A DNA stretch of 63,352 nt, the filler included, from Chiloscyllium plagiosum (Eukaryota): assembly GCF_004010195.1 (NCBI RefSeq). It is 5 parts of 2 records of this genome, joined end to end, with 100 filler letters (N's around TTAATTAATTAA, not from the genome) between each part and the next. Parts side by side here need not be neighbours in the genome. Positions count along the whole stretch, not along the records: positions 40,702 to 56,959 come from NC_057712.1; positions 57,060 to 63,352 come from NC_057713.1; 3 more parts are not named here. One strand, written 5' to 3'. Below the pieces are notes generated by a model, which worked only from the letters and a program-made list of their open reading frames with translations, did not search any database and had not been told where the DNA came from. A program made the position numbers and the translations under genes. Of the stretch, positions 47,086-59,205 are shown piece by piece (the first letter of the stretch is position 1; every line of letters begins with the position of its first letter).

Positions 47086-48765
47086 ATTGGTAAGGTAACT
47101 TTTTTTATTCTTTATGACTGAAGATTAGGGCAGTTGAATGTTCCTCCTGCAGAATGTGAGGTAAGCGTCACCACTAGTGTCCCTGCTGACTGCATCGTGA
47201 GAAGTGCACCCAACTCCAGCTCCTCAAAAACCATGTTAAGGAACTGGGGCAGGAGCTGGATCAGCTTCAGATCATTCGGGAGGTGGAGGGGGGGTAATTG
47301 AGATGAGTGACAAGGAGGTAGTCACACCTCACGTACAAGAAAAAGGCCGATGGGTTACAGTCAGAGGACAGAAAGGGAACCAGCAGACAGTGCAGGGATC
47401 CCCTGTGGCCATTTCCCTCAACAATAAGTATACCATTTTGGATACTGTTGGGGGGGGGGGGACTTACCAGGGGAAAGCAGTGGGGCACAGGGCTCTGGCA
47501 CAGAATCTGTCCCTGCTGCTCAGAAGGGAAGGGGGAAGAGGAGCAGAGCAGTAGTCATTGGGGACTCCATAGTTAGGGGGACAGGTAGGAGGTTCTGTGG
47601 GGACGAGAGAGAGAGACTCACGGTTGGTGTGTTGCCTCCCAGGTGCCAGGGTTCGTGATGTCTCGGATCATGTTTTCAGGATATTTGAGGGGGAGAGGGA
47701 GGATTGCAGCGCCAAGTTGTGATTCACATAGGCACTAACGACATGGGTAGGAAAAGGAATGGGGCTTTAAGGCAGAAATTCAGGGAGCTAGGATGGAAGC
47801 TGAGAGCTAGGACGGACAGAGTTGTTGTCTCTGGTTTGTTGCCCGTGCCACGTGCTAGTGAGGCGAGGTATAGGGAGAGAGAGGAGTTGAACACGTGGCT
47901 ACAGGGATGGTGCAGGAGGGAGGGTTTTGGATTCTTGGATAATTGGGGTTCTTTCTGGGGTAGGCGGGACCTCTACAAACAGGATGGTCGCTACCTGATC
48001 CAGGCGAGTAACAATATCATGCTGTTTGGGAGGGTTTAAACTAATTCAGCAGGGGGATGGGAACCTAAATTGTAGTTCCAATGTCCAGGAGGTTGAGAGT
48101 GGTGAGGTCAGAAATGAGGTTTCAAGGTTGCAAGAGTGCAGTGGCAAGCAAGATCTTGGTTTGAAGTGTGCCTACTTCAATGCCAGCAGCATCTGGAATA
48201 AGGTGAGTGAACTTGCAGCATGGGTTGGTATGTGGGACTTCGATGTTGTGGCCATTTCGGAAACATGGATTGAGCAGGGACAGGAATGGTTGTTGCAGGT
48301 TCTGAGATTAGATTTTTCAGTAAGAACAGAGGAGATGGTAAAAGAAGGGGCGGTGTTGCATTATTCATCAAGGACAGTATTAGGGTGGCAGAAAGGACGT
48401 TTGAGGTAGTGTGGACGAGATTAGAAACAGGAAGGGAGAGGTCACCCTGTTAGATGTTTTCTATAGACCTCCAAATAGTTCCAGAGATATAGAGGAAGGG
48501 ATAGCAAAGATGATCCTGGATAGGAGCAAGAATTAACAGGGTACTTGTTATGGGGGACTTTAACTTTCCAAATATTGACTGGAAATTCAACAGTTCAAAT
48601 ACTTTGGATGGGTCAGTTTTTGTCCAACATGTGCAGGATGGTTTCCTGACACAGTATGTAGACAAGCCAACAAAGGGCGAGGCCACATTAGATTTGGTAC
48701 TGGGTCATGAACCCGGCCAGGTGTTAGATTTGGAGATAGGTGTGCACTTTGGCGATAGTGACCAA
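47086..48765 (+). mobile_element. CR1 ORF1 and APE region (continues the element starting near 45910)
   Basis: Collinear with 3185-4900: HIGTNDMGRK, CAYFNASS and MGDFNFPNIDW. Confidence 0.9.
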
Positions 48766-48848
48766 TTCTCTAACCATGCCAATATACTACCTCCAAACTA
48801 GAAATGTAAATTAAAATATTGAATAATGTTTTACTTTGAAAAAGTGAG

Positions 48849-49830
48849 TGGCATGGTGGCTCAGTGGTTAGCACTGCTGCCTCACGGAGCCAGGGACCCA
48901 GGTTTGATTCCAACCTCGGGCGACTGTCTTTGTGGAGTTTGCACATTCTCCCACGTCTGCATGGATTTCCTCCGGGTGCTGTAGTTTCCTCCCACAATTC
49001 AAAGATGTGCAGGTTAGGTGAATTAGTCATGCTAAATTGCCCATAGTGTTCAGGGATGTGTAGGTTAGGTACATTAGTCAGGGGTAAAGTTAGGGTTGTT
49101 AAGAAAACATATAGTGTTTTGGCTTTCATTAACAGGGGGATCGAGTTTAAGAGCCACGAGGTTTTGCTACAGCTCTACAAAACGCTGGTGAGGCCACACT
49201 TGGAATATTGTGTCCAGTTCTGGTCATCCTACTATAGGAAAGATACAGAGGCTTTGGAGAGGGTGCAAAAAAGGTTTACGAGGATGCTGCCTGGACTGGA
49301 GGGCTTGCCTTATGGAGAAAGGTTTTTTCTGTCTGGAGAGAAGAAGGAAGAGAGGTGACCTGATCAAGGTATACAAGATAATCAGAGGAATGGATAGTCA
49401 ATAGCCAGAGACTTTTCCCCAGAGCAGGATTGACTGGCACGAGGGGTCATAATTTTAAGTTATTAGGAGAAACGTATAGAGGGGACGTCAGAGGAAAGTT
49501 CTTTATGCAAAGAGTTGTGAATGCATGGAATGCGTTGCCAGCGGTGGTGGTGGAAGCAGAGTCATTAGGGACATTTAAGCGACTGCTTGCCATGCACATG
49601 GATCGCAGTGAATTGAGGGACGCGTAGGTTAAGTTATTTTAATTTACATTAGGATTAATGCTTGGCACAACATTGTGGGCCAAACGGCCTGTTCTGTGCT
49701 GTACTTTTCTATGTTCTATGTTTTATGTAAATGTAGAGTAATAGGGCAAGAACGGGTCTGGGTAGGTTACTCTTCAGACGGTCGGTGTGGACTTGTTGAG
49801 CCAAAGGGCCTGTTTCCACACTGTAGGAAT
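48849..49830 (+). mobile_element. HE1 SINE interrupted by a CR1 3' fragment (about 49089-49725)
   Basis: SINE head and core to 49088, SINE tail resuming near 49727; insert peptide RPHLEYCVQFWSS. Confidence 0.85.
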
Positions 49831-49934
49831 TCTAAAAAAAATTCTGAAAAAATACTGTGGGCTCTTATCTTATGACTTAACCTTTTGTGACGTACCATGT
49901 CGAACACCTTCTGGAAGTTGTGGAATGAATTAGG

Positions 49935-50825
49935 CCCCAGAAGGAACATTCCCTGCAAAAAGCAGGTGGGGAGTGAGGTGTAGATGTGTTGTTGGTGGTG
50001 TTCTGCTGGAGTTGTCTGAAATAGCGGAGAATGATTTTGCAGGGATTGTTCCCTCCAGGATACCCCTAGTCCGTTCCACAACCACCAACATCCCCACCAC
50101 CCCTCCCTACAGCACCTTCCCATGTAACCACAGAGGGTGCAACACCTGCCCCTTCACCTCCTCCCTGCTCACTATTCAAGGGCATAAACAGCCTTTCCAG
50201 GAGAAGCAACATTTCACCTGAACCTCCTCCAATCTTGTGTATTGTATTTGTTGCACCCAATGTGGCCTACTCTGTATTGGAGAAACCAAATGCAGACTGG
50301 GTGACTACTTTACAGAATACCTCCGGTCTGTCTGCAAGCATGACTCCAACCTTCCCGTAGACAATCATTTTAACACAGCGTCCAGCTCCCATGCCCACAT
50401 GTCTGTCCTTGGCACGCTACAGCGTTCCAGTGAATCACAACGCAAACTGGAGGAACAACATCTCATCTTCTCGACTTAATATTGAGTACAATATCTTCAA
50501 ATTGTACTATTTCTTCCCTTCCTTTTAGCTTGTTGTCATGTCCTGGCTCCCCTCCACCCATCCCCACAGTGGGACTGTCTGTCCTTTCAAGTCTGGCAGG
50601 AGACACACCATTGGTCTGCCATTCTCACAGTCTGACCACAATTTTAATTATCAACATCTTTTCTCCACCAGCACCCTACACACACTTCCCCCTACTGCAC
50701 CAACTCACCCTCCACACCAAACTTTAACATAAATATTGTTCCCCTCTAGACTTCACATCAGCTTTGATAAACAGTCATCTGGCCTCAAAATGTTAGCTTG
50801 CTTTCTCTCCATGGATGCTGTCTGT
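49935..50825 (+). mobile_element. Neptune-like PLE 3' fragment (GIY-YIG plus pLTR)
   Basis: CNHRGCNTCPF, VYCICCTQCGLLCIGETKCRLGDYF and QRKLEEQHLIF; degenerate hammerhead near 50763. Confidence 0.82.
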
Positions 50826-51621
50826 GAGAAAACTTGTAGCCTTACACATATATATGTATCTGATACAGGAGATGCAGGAAAGCGCTTGACCACAGAGTGG
50901 GGTTGGGGCATTTGTTCAGAAGAATTAAGGATAGCTGTTCTTAATGTCAATAGATTGGTGTAAATAAGATGATTATATTTGTTCACTTGTGGAATGTGTG
51001 GCAGTACTTCCTTCTCACCCCGGGGGCTGGAAGCTGCGTATATTTTACTGTGGGATGTTGGATAACTGAGTTTCTGGTTTATACTGAAGACTCTTAACAA
51101 AACTCATAGTCAATAGTAAAAGAACTTGTAATTTACTAAGATGAGCAGAATATGCACTTAATAGAACAATCCTGATACATTTTCATGTATACCACACCGG
51201 GCAGGTTTGAATTTATGAAGATCAGCTCCCTCTTGACTGTTCTGGGATGTGAATGTCTCATTACCCTTACAAGCTAGGAAAACATAAAGGCTGAAATCGT
51301 AAAAAATGTTGGAAGATGTTAATGCATGAGAGAGAGAAAACATTCTTCTGTAAATTACATTTGTGGTCTGATTTGATTGTACACTTGTTTGTCATGGATC
51401 GAACATTTGTGTGCTGATCCCTGGAGCTTGAGATCCGGGAATGTTATGAATTTAATTTGCATTTTGGGAATCTAAGATGATTTTAAAAGAAAAAGACATT
51501 TTGTAGGACAATGATACTGGGCATGTTAGCTGAACGAGGTTACCTCATGACCTTTTCCGCATAGTTTAGACTAGTCTCTCATTATAATGCACTGTTAAAA
51601 GGGAAGGTTATCTGGCCAAAG

Positions 51622-51803
51622 GGCCAATTCACCTAACCTGCACATTTTTGGACCGTGGAAGGAAACCGGATAACCCGGAGGAAACCTACGTAGACACGGG
51701 GAGAATGTGCAAATTCCACACAGTCAGCCTGAGACGGGAATTGAACCTGGGTCTCTGGTGCTGACGGGCAGCAGTGCTAACCACTGTGTCACCGTGCCAC
51801 CCA
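51622..51803 (-). mobile_element. HE1 SINE 5' half
   Basis: tRNA-like head and V-core. Confidence 0.88.
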
Positions 51804-51849
51804 CAATTATACACCTCTTTCTTCTACACTCCACTGGGTAGGGTACCCA

Positions 51850-52860
51850 AGCTGGGTAGCCTCATAAGGTAATTCCTCCAACCAGGGAGCATCCTAGAGA
51901 ACCTTCACTAAACTGTGTCTAATGCAACAATATATTTTCTTTAATAATCAAGCCAAAACTGCCAACAGTAATCTTGATGTGGTCTCACCAGCACCTTGTG
52001 CAGTTGCAGTAAAACTTCCTTACTACAACCCTTTGAAATAAGGGCCAACATTTTATTAGCTTTCCTGATTATCTGCTGCATATTTGTACCAGCTTTCCAT
52101 ATTACATGCACAAATACAAATCTCTATATTGCAGCTTTTGTAATGTTTTTCCATTTAAATGATAATCCGTTTTTTTGTTCTGCCTTCCACAACGAACAAC
52201 TTCATATTTTACCACATCATCCTCTATTTGACAAGTTTTTGCCCACTGATATCATCATTCAACATCTCTCTGTAAACTGTTTCCATCCCCTTCAAAGCCT
52301 GGTATCTGCAAATTTTGCTGCAGTGCATTCACTTCCTTCCTCCAAGTTATTTACATTGTAAAACAGTTGTGGTCCCAGCACTGCTCCCTGACGAGCTCCG
52401 CTGGTCACTGATCACCAGCCTGAGAAAGTACCCCTTATTACTACTTTCTGCCCCTCAGCCAGTTCTTTCACCAAGCCAATATACTACTCCCAACATCATG
52501 GGATCTTATCTTATAACTTTACCTTTTGCAAAATATCTTGTCAAATGCCTTTTGGAAATCTAAATGCACCACATCTACTGTTCCCCTCTTTTTCTGAAGA
52601 GGGCAAAGGGTGGTGGATTTAAAATAGGCAGGAGGAGAAAGTACTTCTCTCAAATGTCATGAATCTGTGGGAATCACTACCCCAGAATGAAGATATTGAG
52701 TAAATTTAAGGATGACATCTATGGATTTTTAATTAGCAATCAGCTGAAGGATTATGGAAAACATGCAGGAAAGTGGAGTTAATGCTAAGTTGATCACACT
52801 GAATGGCAGAGCAGGCTCAAGGGGCTGAATTATCCACACTTGTTCCTAGATCCTACGTTG
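51850..52860. mobile_element. Old CR1 ORF2 remnants
   Basis: Degenerate minus-strand RT motifs (DFQKAFDK near 52540-52565) and a plus-strand 3' tail. Confidence 0.65.
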
Positions 52861-53516
52861 CTAACTGCAGTAACTGACTCCATTTAATAATGCAATACCA
52901 TCTCCTCATTTACATCCTCCATTGTTTTGCCTGAAGATCCTATATCCCGGAATGTTGAGTTGCCACTGTTGATCCTTGCTCAAATCCCAAGACCAATTTT
53001 TTAAAACATGTACACGCAAAATGGACTAAAAGCATCCTACAGAAATGTTTGTTCTGATAGCAGTTATTACATCATATGCATGACTTCCATTCGCAAAGTG
53101 ATCATTCCAATAATCTACCACTCCATACAATCAGAAATTCCTGAACCTGACTGGGTTTCAAAGGCCTCAGCATTAAACTCAGCAGCTCTTCGACCATCAC
53201 CATTCCAACTAAAACTGTTACATCATCAGGCTTAAACCCATCGGCTCTTCTATCTCCATTCCAGATCAAACTAATTTAACAAATGCTTTCAAAACAGAAG
53301 TGGATAAACACCTGAAGTGAAAAAAAATGTTGTTGGGCTACAGTGAAAGGAAGGGAAGTGAAATTGACTGATTTGCACTGACAGGCAGCCAGCAGGGCTG
53401 TGAGAAATCATTCCACGAATCTGTGAAAAAAGATCTAAATTGGGAGATGGCGTAAACCTTAGGAAACAACAATGCACTGCTGCAAATCAGCTTTTAATTG
53501 GTGGTTTGTGTTTCTA

Positions 53517-53646
53517 AGAGAAAGTGAGGACTGCAGATGCTGGAGATCAGAGCTGAAAAATGTGCTGCTGGAAAATCGCAGCAGGTCAGGCAGCATCCAA
53601 GAAGCAGGAGAATCGACGTTTCGGGCATAAGCCCTTCTTCAGGAAA
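53517..53646 (-). mobile_element. 130-bp PLE pLTR insertion consisting of hammerhead plus tail
   Basis: Exact 13-bp TSD GTTTGTGTTTCTA at 53504-53516 and 53647-53659. Intact core CTGAAGA-A-GGGC-TTAT-GCCC-GAAACGTC at 53642-53615. Confidence 0.85.
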
Positions 53647-55574
53647 GTTTGTGTTTCTAGACCTGGTTCTATGGACAATCCTTGGAATAAAACAAGAAAA
53701 ATACTGCAGATGTTGAACATCTGAAACAAAAAAAAATGAAATATCAGAGAATTCAGCAGAGTATTTGTACAGAAGGCAACAGTTAACATACAAGGGCATG
53801 CAGAATGAATATGATGAGTGAAAATAGTACAAATTATGATGCTTTACATTAGCTCAGCAGGGGACGATAAATAATTGCTAGTTCAGGAAAACAATTCTTG
53901 ACCTTGGGAAGATAAAGATGATGAATCAGCAGCACATAATCAGGAGATAGATAGCAATGAAAAGCTCATTTAAATCACATTTGGTAACAATAATAATATA
54001 ATACAAGAAAATTAAAATACACCTGGCATTAAAGCAAAGTAACTGACACAATGGCAAAGAGATGATCATGATGAGAAGAGCAAAACAAAACTGTACAATA
54101 AACCGAGAGTGATACAATGAGAACACAGCATAAAAAGCTTAACTTATGAATGGACCATCAATAATACTCACTTCTGAAGCAATTTTATTGATTTCAAATT
54201 TAATGTCTCCTGCTAGATGTTGCAGCTGGAAAAGGTAGAACTGTAGCTAAATAAAAGTCCCCAAGTTTACAAAGATAGTCAGCTCATTGTAAAATGAGAT
54301 TACAAAAATGATAATGTCAATTAAATTTGAAATTCGGGGAGACAAACGTTTCCCTTAGCTGGAGTTTGCCATATGTAAATCTTTGCTTTCTAAACCCCAT
54401 TGAAAGGAGTTTCCAAAATCACATCATTGTTTTACAGACAAGGAATTTTAATTGCAAGCTTAGGTCGGAGACACTGTGGTGGAAGGAAGATTTGAGAGAG
54501 GAGCTCAAGTTTAGAATACATTGTATTAAGTACATAAATAAAAGCTACAGGATGAAGCTGTGTTTCCTGCTACGTGATCCTTCTCCTGGAATGACCAGTG
54601 AAGTTTTTGTATTGCACTGAGGTTGAGAGTGATGTTGTATCAATGTAAGCTTTTCAGGTTTTATTTTTAAGTTGACAGCAATCCTCACTGTTCCTGCTTT
54701 AGTGTTCTCTGGTGATTTGATCTTATGCACATTCTCAGATCACTTTGCTTGACTAAGAGGAGGAATAGTCCCATGACAGATCCTGAAGGACAACTGTTTA
54801 CTTTCCTACGTTTGTGTAAAATCAGCAGCATGACCATTGAACCCATTAACATCAAATGTCCTCTAAGGCACTTTACTGAAGTTACATGTCTTCAAAGAAA
54901 TTATGTCTGTCACTGTTCCAAACTATTTCCTGAATTTTCAAGAACAATCATCATCACAGCATTGACCAAAATCCACCTGCCTCTAGTTTACAATTCAAGT
55001 CCCAAATGTTACACACTTTTAATCACAACTAACTTTTTTTGTTTCTTTGCCATTCATGAAGTTCTGGAAATGTTTGCCCTACCATTTGACTGTCTGAAAT
55101 ACTGTATCTCTTTTTCAAAAAGTAGCTACAATTTTCCATGCCAAACTTTGACTCCATTATATCTGACATGGGCGGTTCTGGAAAGGCTGATGCAAACATA
55201 TTCAAAAGTAACTTTCAAAAGGAAATTTTGAATATATTTGCAAAGGAATTATTCTAAAAGAAAGAAAGATAACAAAAGAGGAACTACTGGACAGTTGTTT
55301 CAAATAGCTGACACAATAGGCCAAATGGCCTTGTTCTCCTTTCAAATTACATTACTGCAGGAATTTCACTCAAGTTGATCCAAATCAATGCAATTACATG
55401 CGAAGTAGCTGTTTGAGCTATCAGCATTTGGAAATTTAACAACAGCTATGTTAACCAATGTTATGGCCAAGCTTTAGATATGGAAGGTCACTTTTTCATG
55501 ATATGAATTTTTTTCAGAATCACTAGATTGCAGAATTGACTTTTGCTTCAGAACCTGATCACAGTTATCAGTTA

Positions 55575-57190
55575 GGTAAAAACAATGACTGCAGATGCTG
55601 GAAACCAGATTCTGGATCAGTGGTGCTGGAAGAGCACAGCAATTCAGGCAGCATCCAACGAGCAGCAAAATCGACGTTTCGGGCAAAGGTCCTTCATCAG
55701 GAATAAAGGTAGAGAGCCTGAAGCATGGAGAGATAAGCTAGAGGAGGGTGGGGGTGGGGAGAGAGTAGCATAGAGTACAATAGGTGNNNNNNNNNNNNNN
55801 NNNNNNNNNNNNNNNNNNNNNNNNNNNNNNNNNNNNNNNNNNNNNNNNNNNNNNNNNNNNNNNNNNNNNNNNNNNNNNNNNNNNNNNNNNNNNNNNNNNN
55901 NNNNNNNNNNNNNNNNNNNNNNNNNNNNNNNNNNNNNNNNNNNNNNNNNNNNNNNNNNNNNNNNNNNNNNNNNNNNNNNNNNNNNNNNNNNNNNNNNNNN
56001 NNNNNNNNNNNNNNNNNNNNNNNNNNNNNNNNNNNNNNNNNNNNNNNNNNNNNNNTTGTGGACCGGACCAGGTAGTCACAGAGGGAACGGTCTTTGCGGA
56101 AGGCGGAAAGGGGTGGGGAGGGAAATATATCCCTGGTGATGGGGTCTTTTTGGAGGTGGTGGAAATGTCGGCGGATGATTTGGTTTATGCGGAGGTTTGT
56201 AACCTCATAGTCCGGGAACCCCGCACTGCCCGGTTCTACCTCCTTCCCAAGATCCACAAGCCTGGCCACCCTGGCCGACCCTATGTTCCTGCCCACTGAA
56301 ACCTCATCTCTCCCTATCTCGACACTGTCCTATCCCCCCTAGTCCAGGAACTCCCCACAAAAGTTCGAGAGACCACCCATGCCCTCCACCTCCTCCAAGA
56401 CTTCCGTTTCCCCGGCCCCTAATGCCTCACCTTCACCATGGATATCCAATCCCTCTACAACTCCATCCGCCATGACCAGGGCTTTCAAGCCCTCCGTTTC
56501 TTCCTCTCCAGACGTCCCCAACAGTACCCTTCCACCGACACTCTCATTCGTTTGGCCGAACTGGTCCTCACCCTTAATAATTTCTCCTTTGAATCCTCCC
56601 ACTTCCTCCAGACCAAAGGGGGCCCCAGCTATGCCTGTCTCTTTGTTGGCTACGTAGAACAGTTTATCTTCCGTAATTACACCGGCACCACTCCCCACCT
56701 CTTCCTCCGCTACATTGATGACTGCATTGGCGTCACCTTGTGCTCCCGCGAGGAGGTTGAGCAATTCATCAACTTCACCAACACATTCCACCCTGACCTT
56801 AAATTTACCTGGACCATCTCTGACACCTCCCTCCCCTTCCTGGACCTCTCCATCTCCATCAGTGACGACCGACTTGACACTGACACCTTCTACAAACCCA
56901 CCGACTCCCACAGCTACCTGGATTACACCTCTTCCCACCCTAACTCTTGCAAAAATGCCNNNNNNNNNNNNNNNNNNNNNNNNNNNNNNNNNNNNNNNNN
57001 NNNTTAATTAATTAANNNNNNNNNNNNNNNNNNNNNNNNNNNNNNNNNNNNNNNNNNNNTAGCTTATCTCTCCACGCTTCAGGCTCTCTGCCTTTATTCC
57101 TGATGAAGGGTTTTTGCCCAAAACGTCGATTTTGCCTGTCCTCGGATGCTGCCTGAATTGCTGTGCTCTTCCAGCATCACTGATCCAGAC
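55575..57190. mobile_element. Neptune-like PLE with an inverted 5' arm, RT fragment and 3' pLTR, broken by two gaps
   Basis: Minus-strand pLTR at 55575-55786. Plus-strand RT at about 56195-56959 (FYLLPKIHKPGHPGRP, MDIQSLYNSI, FLRYIDDCIG, YKPTDSHSYLDY). Plus-strand pLTR at 57060-57190. Confidence 0.88.
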
Positions 57191-57229
57191 TTTGAATTCT
57201 TAGGCCATTACAGAAATCAATATGCAAAT

Positions 57230-57445
57230 GAGGGGATTGGTTAGCTGGAAGGTTAGTTTACTTTGCAAGGTCATGCCTAACAGCATAGGTTCAATATCTA
57301 CACCATCTGAGGTTAGCATGAATGACTCTCCTTCTCAACCTCCCCCTTACCTGATTATGTGGTAACCCTCAGATTAAACCACCACCAACTGTCTTTCTCT
57401 AACGAGAGAGAGTAGCCCTATGATCCTGTAGGGCGATGGTGACTT
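57230..57445 (+). mobile_element. Second tRNA-derived SINE-like family (a related copy lies on minus at about 32545-32710)
   Basis: B-box-like GGTTCAATATC, and the blocks CTGAGGTTA and TAACCCTCA...AAACCACCACCA are shared between the two copies. Confidence 0.5.
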
Positions 57446-59094
57446 CATTTCAAATTATGAACTTGATTGCAAAGCCTGTTCATTCAAGATCACATGGAAA
57501 GAACTGGGGAAAATATAAAATTACATATTAATGTTTCTGTTTAAAAAATATTTTTTGCAACTGGAAGAGGAACATTTTGTCTTCTTAAGAGATTAGGTTT
57601 AACCCTGACTCCTTGAAAATGTTTGGCAGAAAATCCAATCTGAACTAATCAAAACATCTTGCTTTTGTTTACCAAATTTTTATTTTCCTTATCTTTCTCA
57701 TATAAGGTTAAGAACAAACATCAAAATCTGAACATTGTTTTAAAGGAGAAAAACTATAAACAAAAAAATTTAAAAGATAGGAAAGTTTCTGTTCCTTTCC
57801 TACTGTTAACCTGTAAAGTTGTGGTGTTGTTTAAATGTCCCTCTATAAATCTTTCCATCAAGAACTATTGAAATCAATATTTAATTGTGAGATCAACTTT
57901 TTTCTTCATTTTATATTTCTTTTGATAGTTTTATTAGTCATGTGATAAGGCACATGAAGAGTTAGGGTGAAAATGTTTTAATGTATCTTTCTTTTAAAGT
58001 ATGCACGATTACTCGTTTTCTGTTAAGTGTTAATTTGAATTAAATTGAGAACATCAAAGTTGACTTTTATTACATTCACTTGTAGGATATGGCTATTGCT
58101 GACTGGGGCAGCATTACTGCCACCCGTCGTTGCCTTGGAATGATGGTGACATACTTTCTTGAACTGCTGCAGTTCATATGCTGCATGTAGACACAATGAT
58201 GTTGGGGAGGGAATTCCAAGAATTTGACCTAGCAACACTGAGGACCAGTGCTATATTTCCAAGTCTGATTGCAAGTAGCTTGGAAGAGAATTTTATTTGT
58301 CGTCCTAGATGCAGTCTAGTTATTATGTTGAGGCATGTGTAAGTCTTTAATTTGGATGAGACCAAAGATATAGGAGCATAAGTCAGCCATTCAGCAAATT
58401 GATTCTGCTCCACCATTAAAGCAGATCATGGCTTATCTAATAATCCTCAGATTGTCTCTGTATTAATGTTGCACTCCATTGTCCTGATTCAGGTATCTGT
58501 TGCTCAAGCTTCTTGGTGCACATACAATGTACGTGTGGTTAAAAACTGAGGATTTCTTCTCCTACTGTCATAACAGTGTGGATGTTTTATAATTCCTAAT
58601 GAAGGGCTTATGCCCAACATGTCGATTCTCCTGCTTCTCAGATGCTGCATGACCTGCTGTGCTTTTCCAGCACCACAATCTCGACTCTGGCTGCTTTATG
58701 GTCCAAGATGTGAAATGAGCAGGTCTTGCTGTGCAGACTGTAGGACCTTGAAAGACAATTGCTATTTTGGCAATTGGGGCGAATCATTCCGTATTATAAT
58801 CCATTGCTGTGCCTCACTGTCTTGAGAGACCTTGCATATGATCAATTTGTAATGATTGGTGCTATGATTGGTCTCTATGCAATCAATCATAACTTCCACA
58901 TATGTCCATTTGTGATCTCAAGTATCTGTATAATGCAATTGCTCTTTAAAGGGCCTCATATTGCATTAAAATGGAACCCCCTTTCCTGACAAAACATTTA
59001 TTCTGCGCACGCCAGCTTTGATTGCAGCTGTTTATATCAAGATTACAATAGAGACGAAGATGAAGCTTTAGTGAATCACAGACTCAGCATTTGA

Positions 59095-59205
59095 GGGTCA
59101 CTGCAGTACAGTGGTATTGTCCCTACTTCTGGATCAGGAGGCCTGGGTTCAAGTCTCACCTATTCCAATGGTATGTCTTAACATCTCTGAACAGATAAAT
59201 AGAAA
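59095..59205 (+). mobile_element. Short tRNA-derived SINE remnant
   Basis: A-box-like TACAGTGGT and B-box-like GGTTCAAGTC at tRNA-like spacing. Confidence 0.45.

Noticed and set aside
54327..55231. 97-aa and 168-aa ORFs in AT-rich unique sequence
   Set aside because: No recognisable motif or exon structure. They are compatible with chance, although the region could hold regulatory elements I cannot see.
17900..57015. Identical TTAATTAATTAA islands between N-runs (17900, 27340, 40646, 57004)
   Set aside because: The same 12-mer with stops in all frames always sits inside N padding. It is a scaffolding spacer, not biology.
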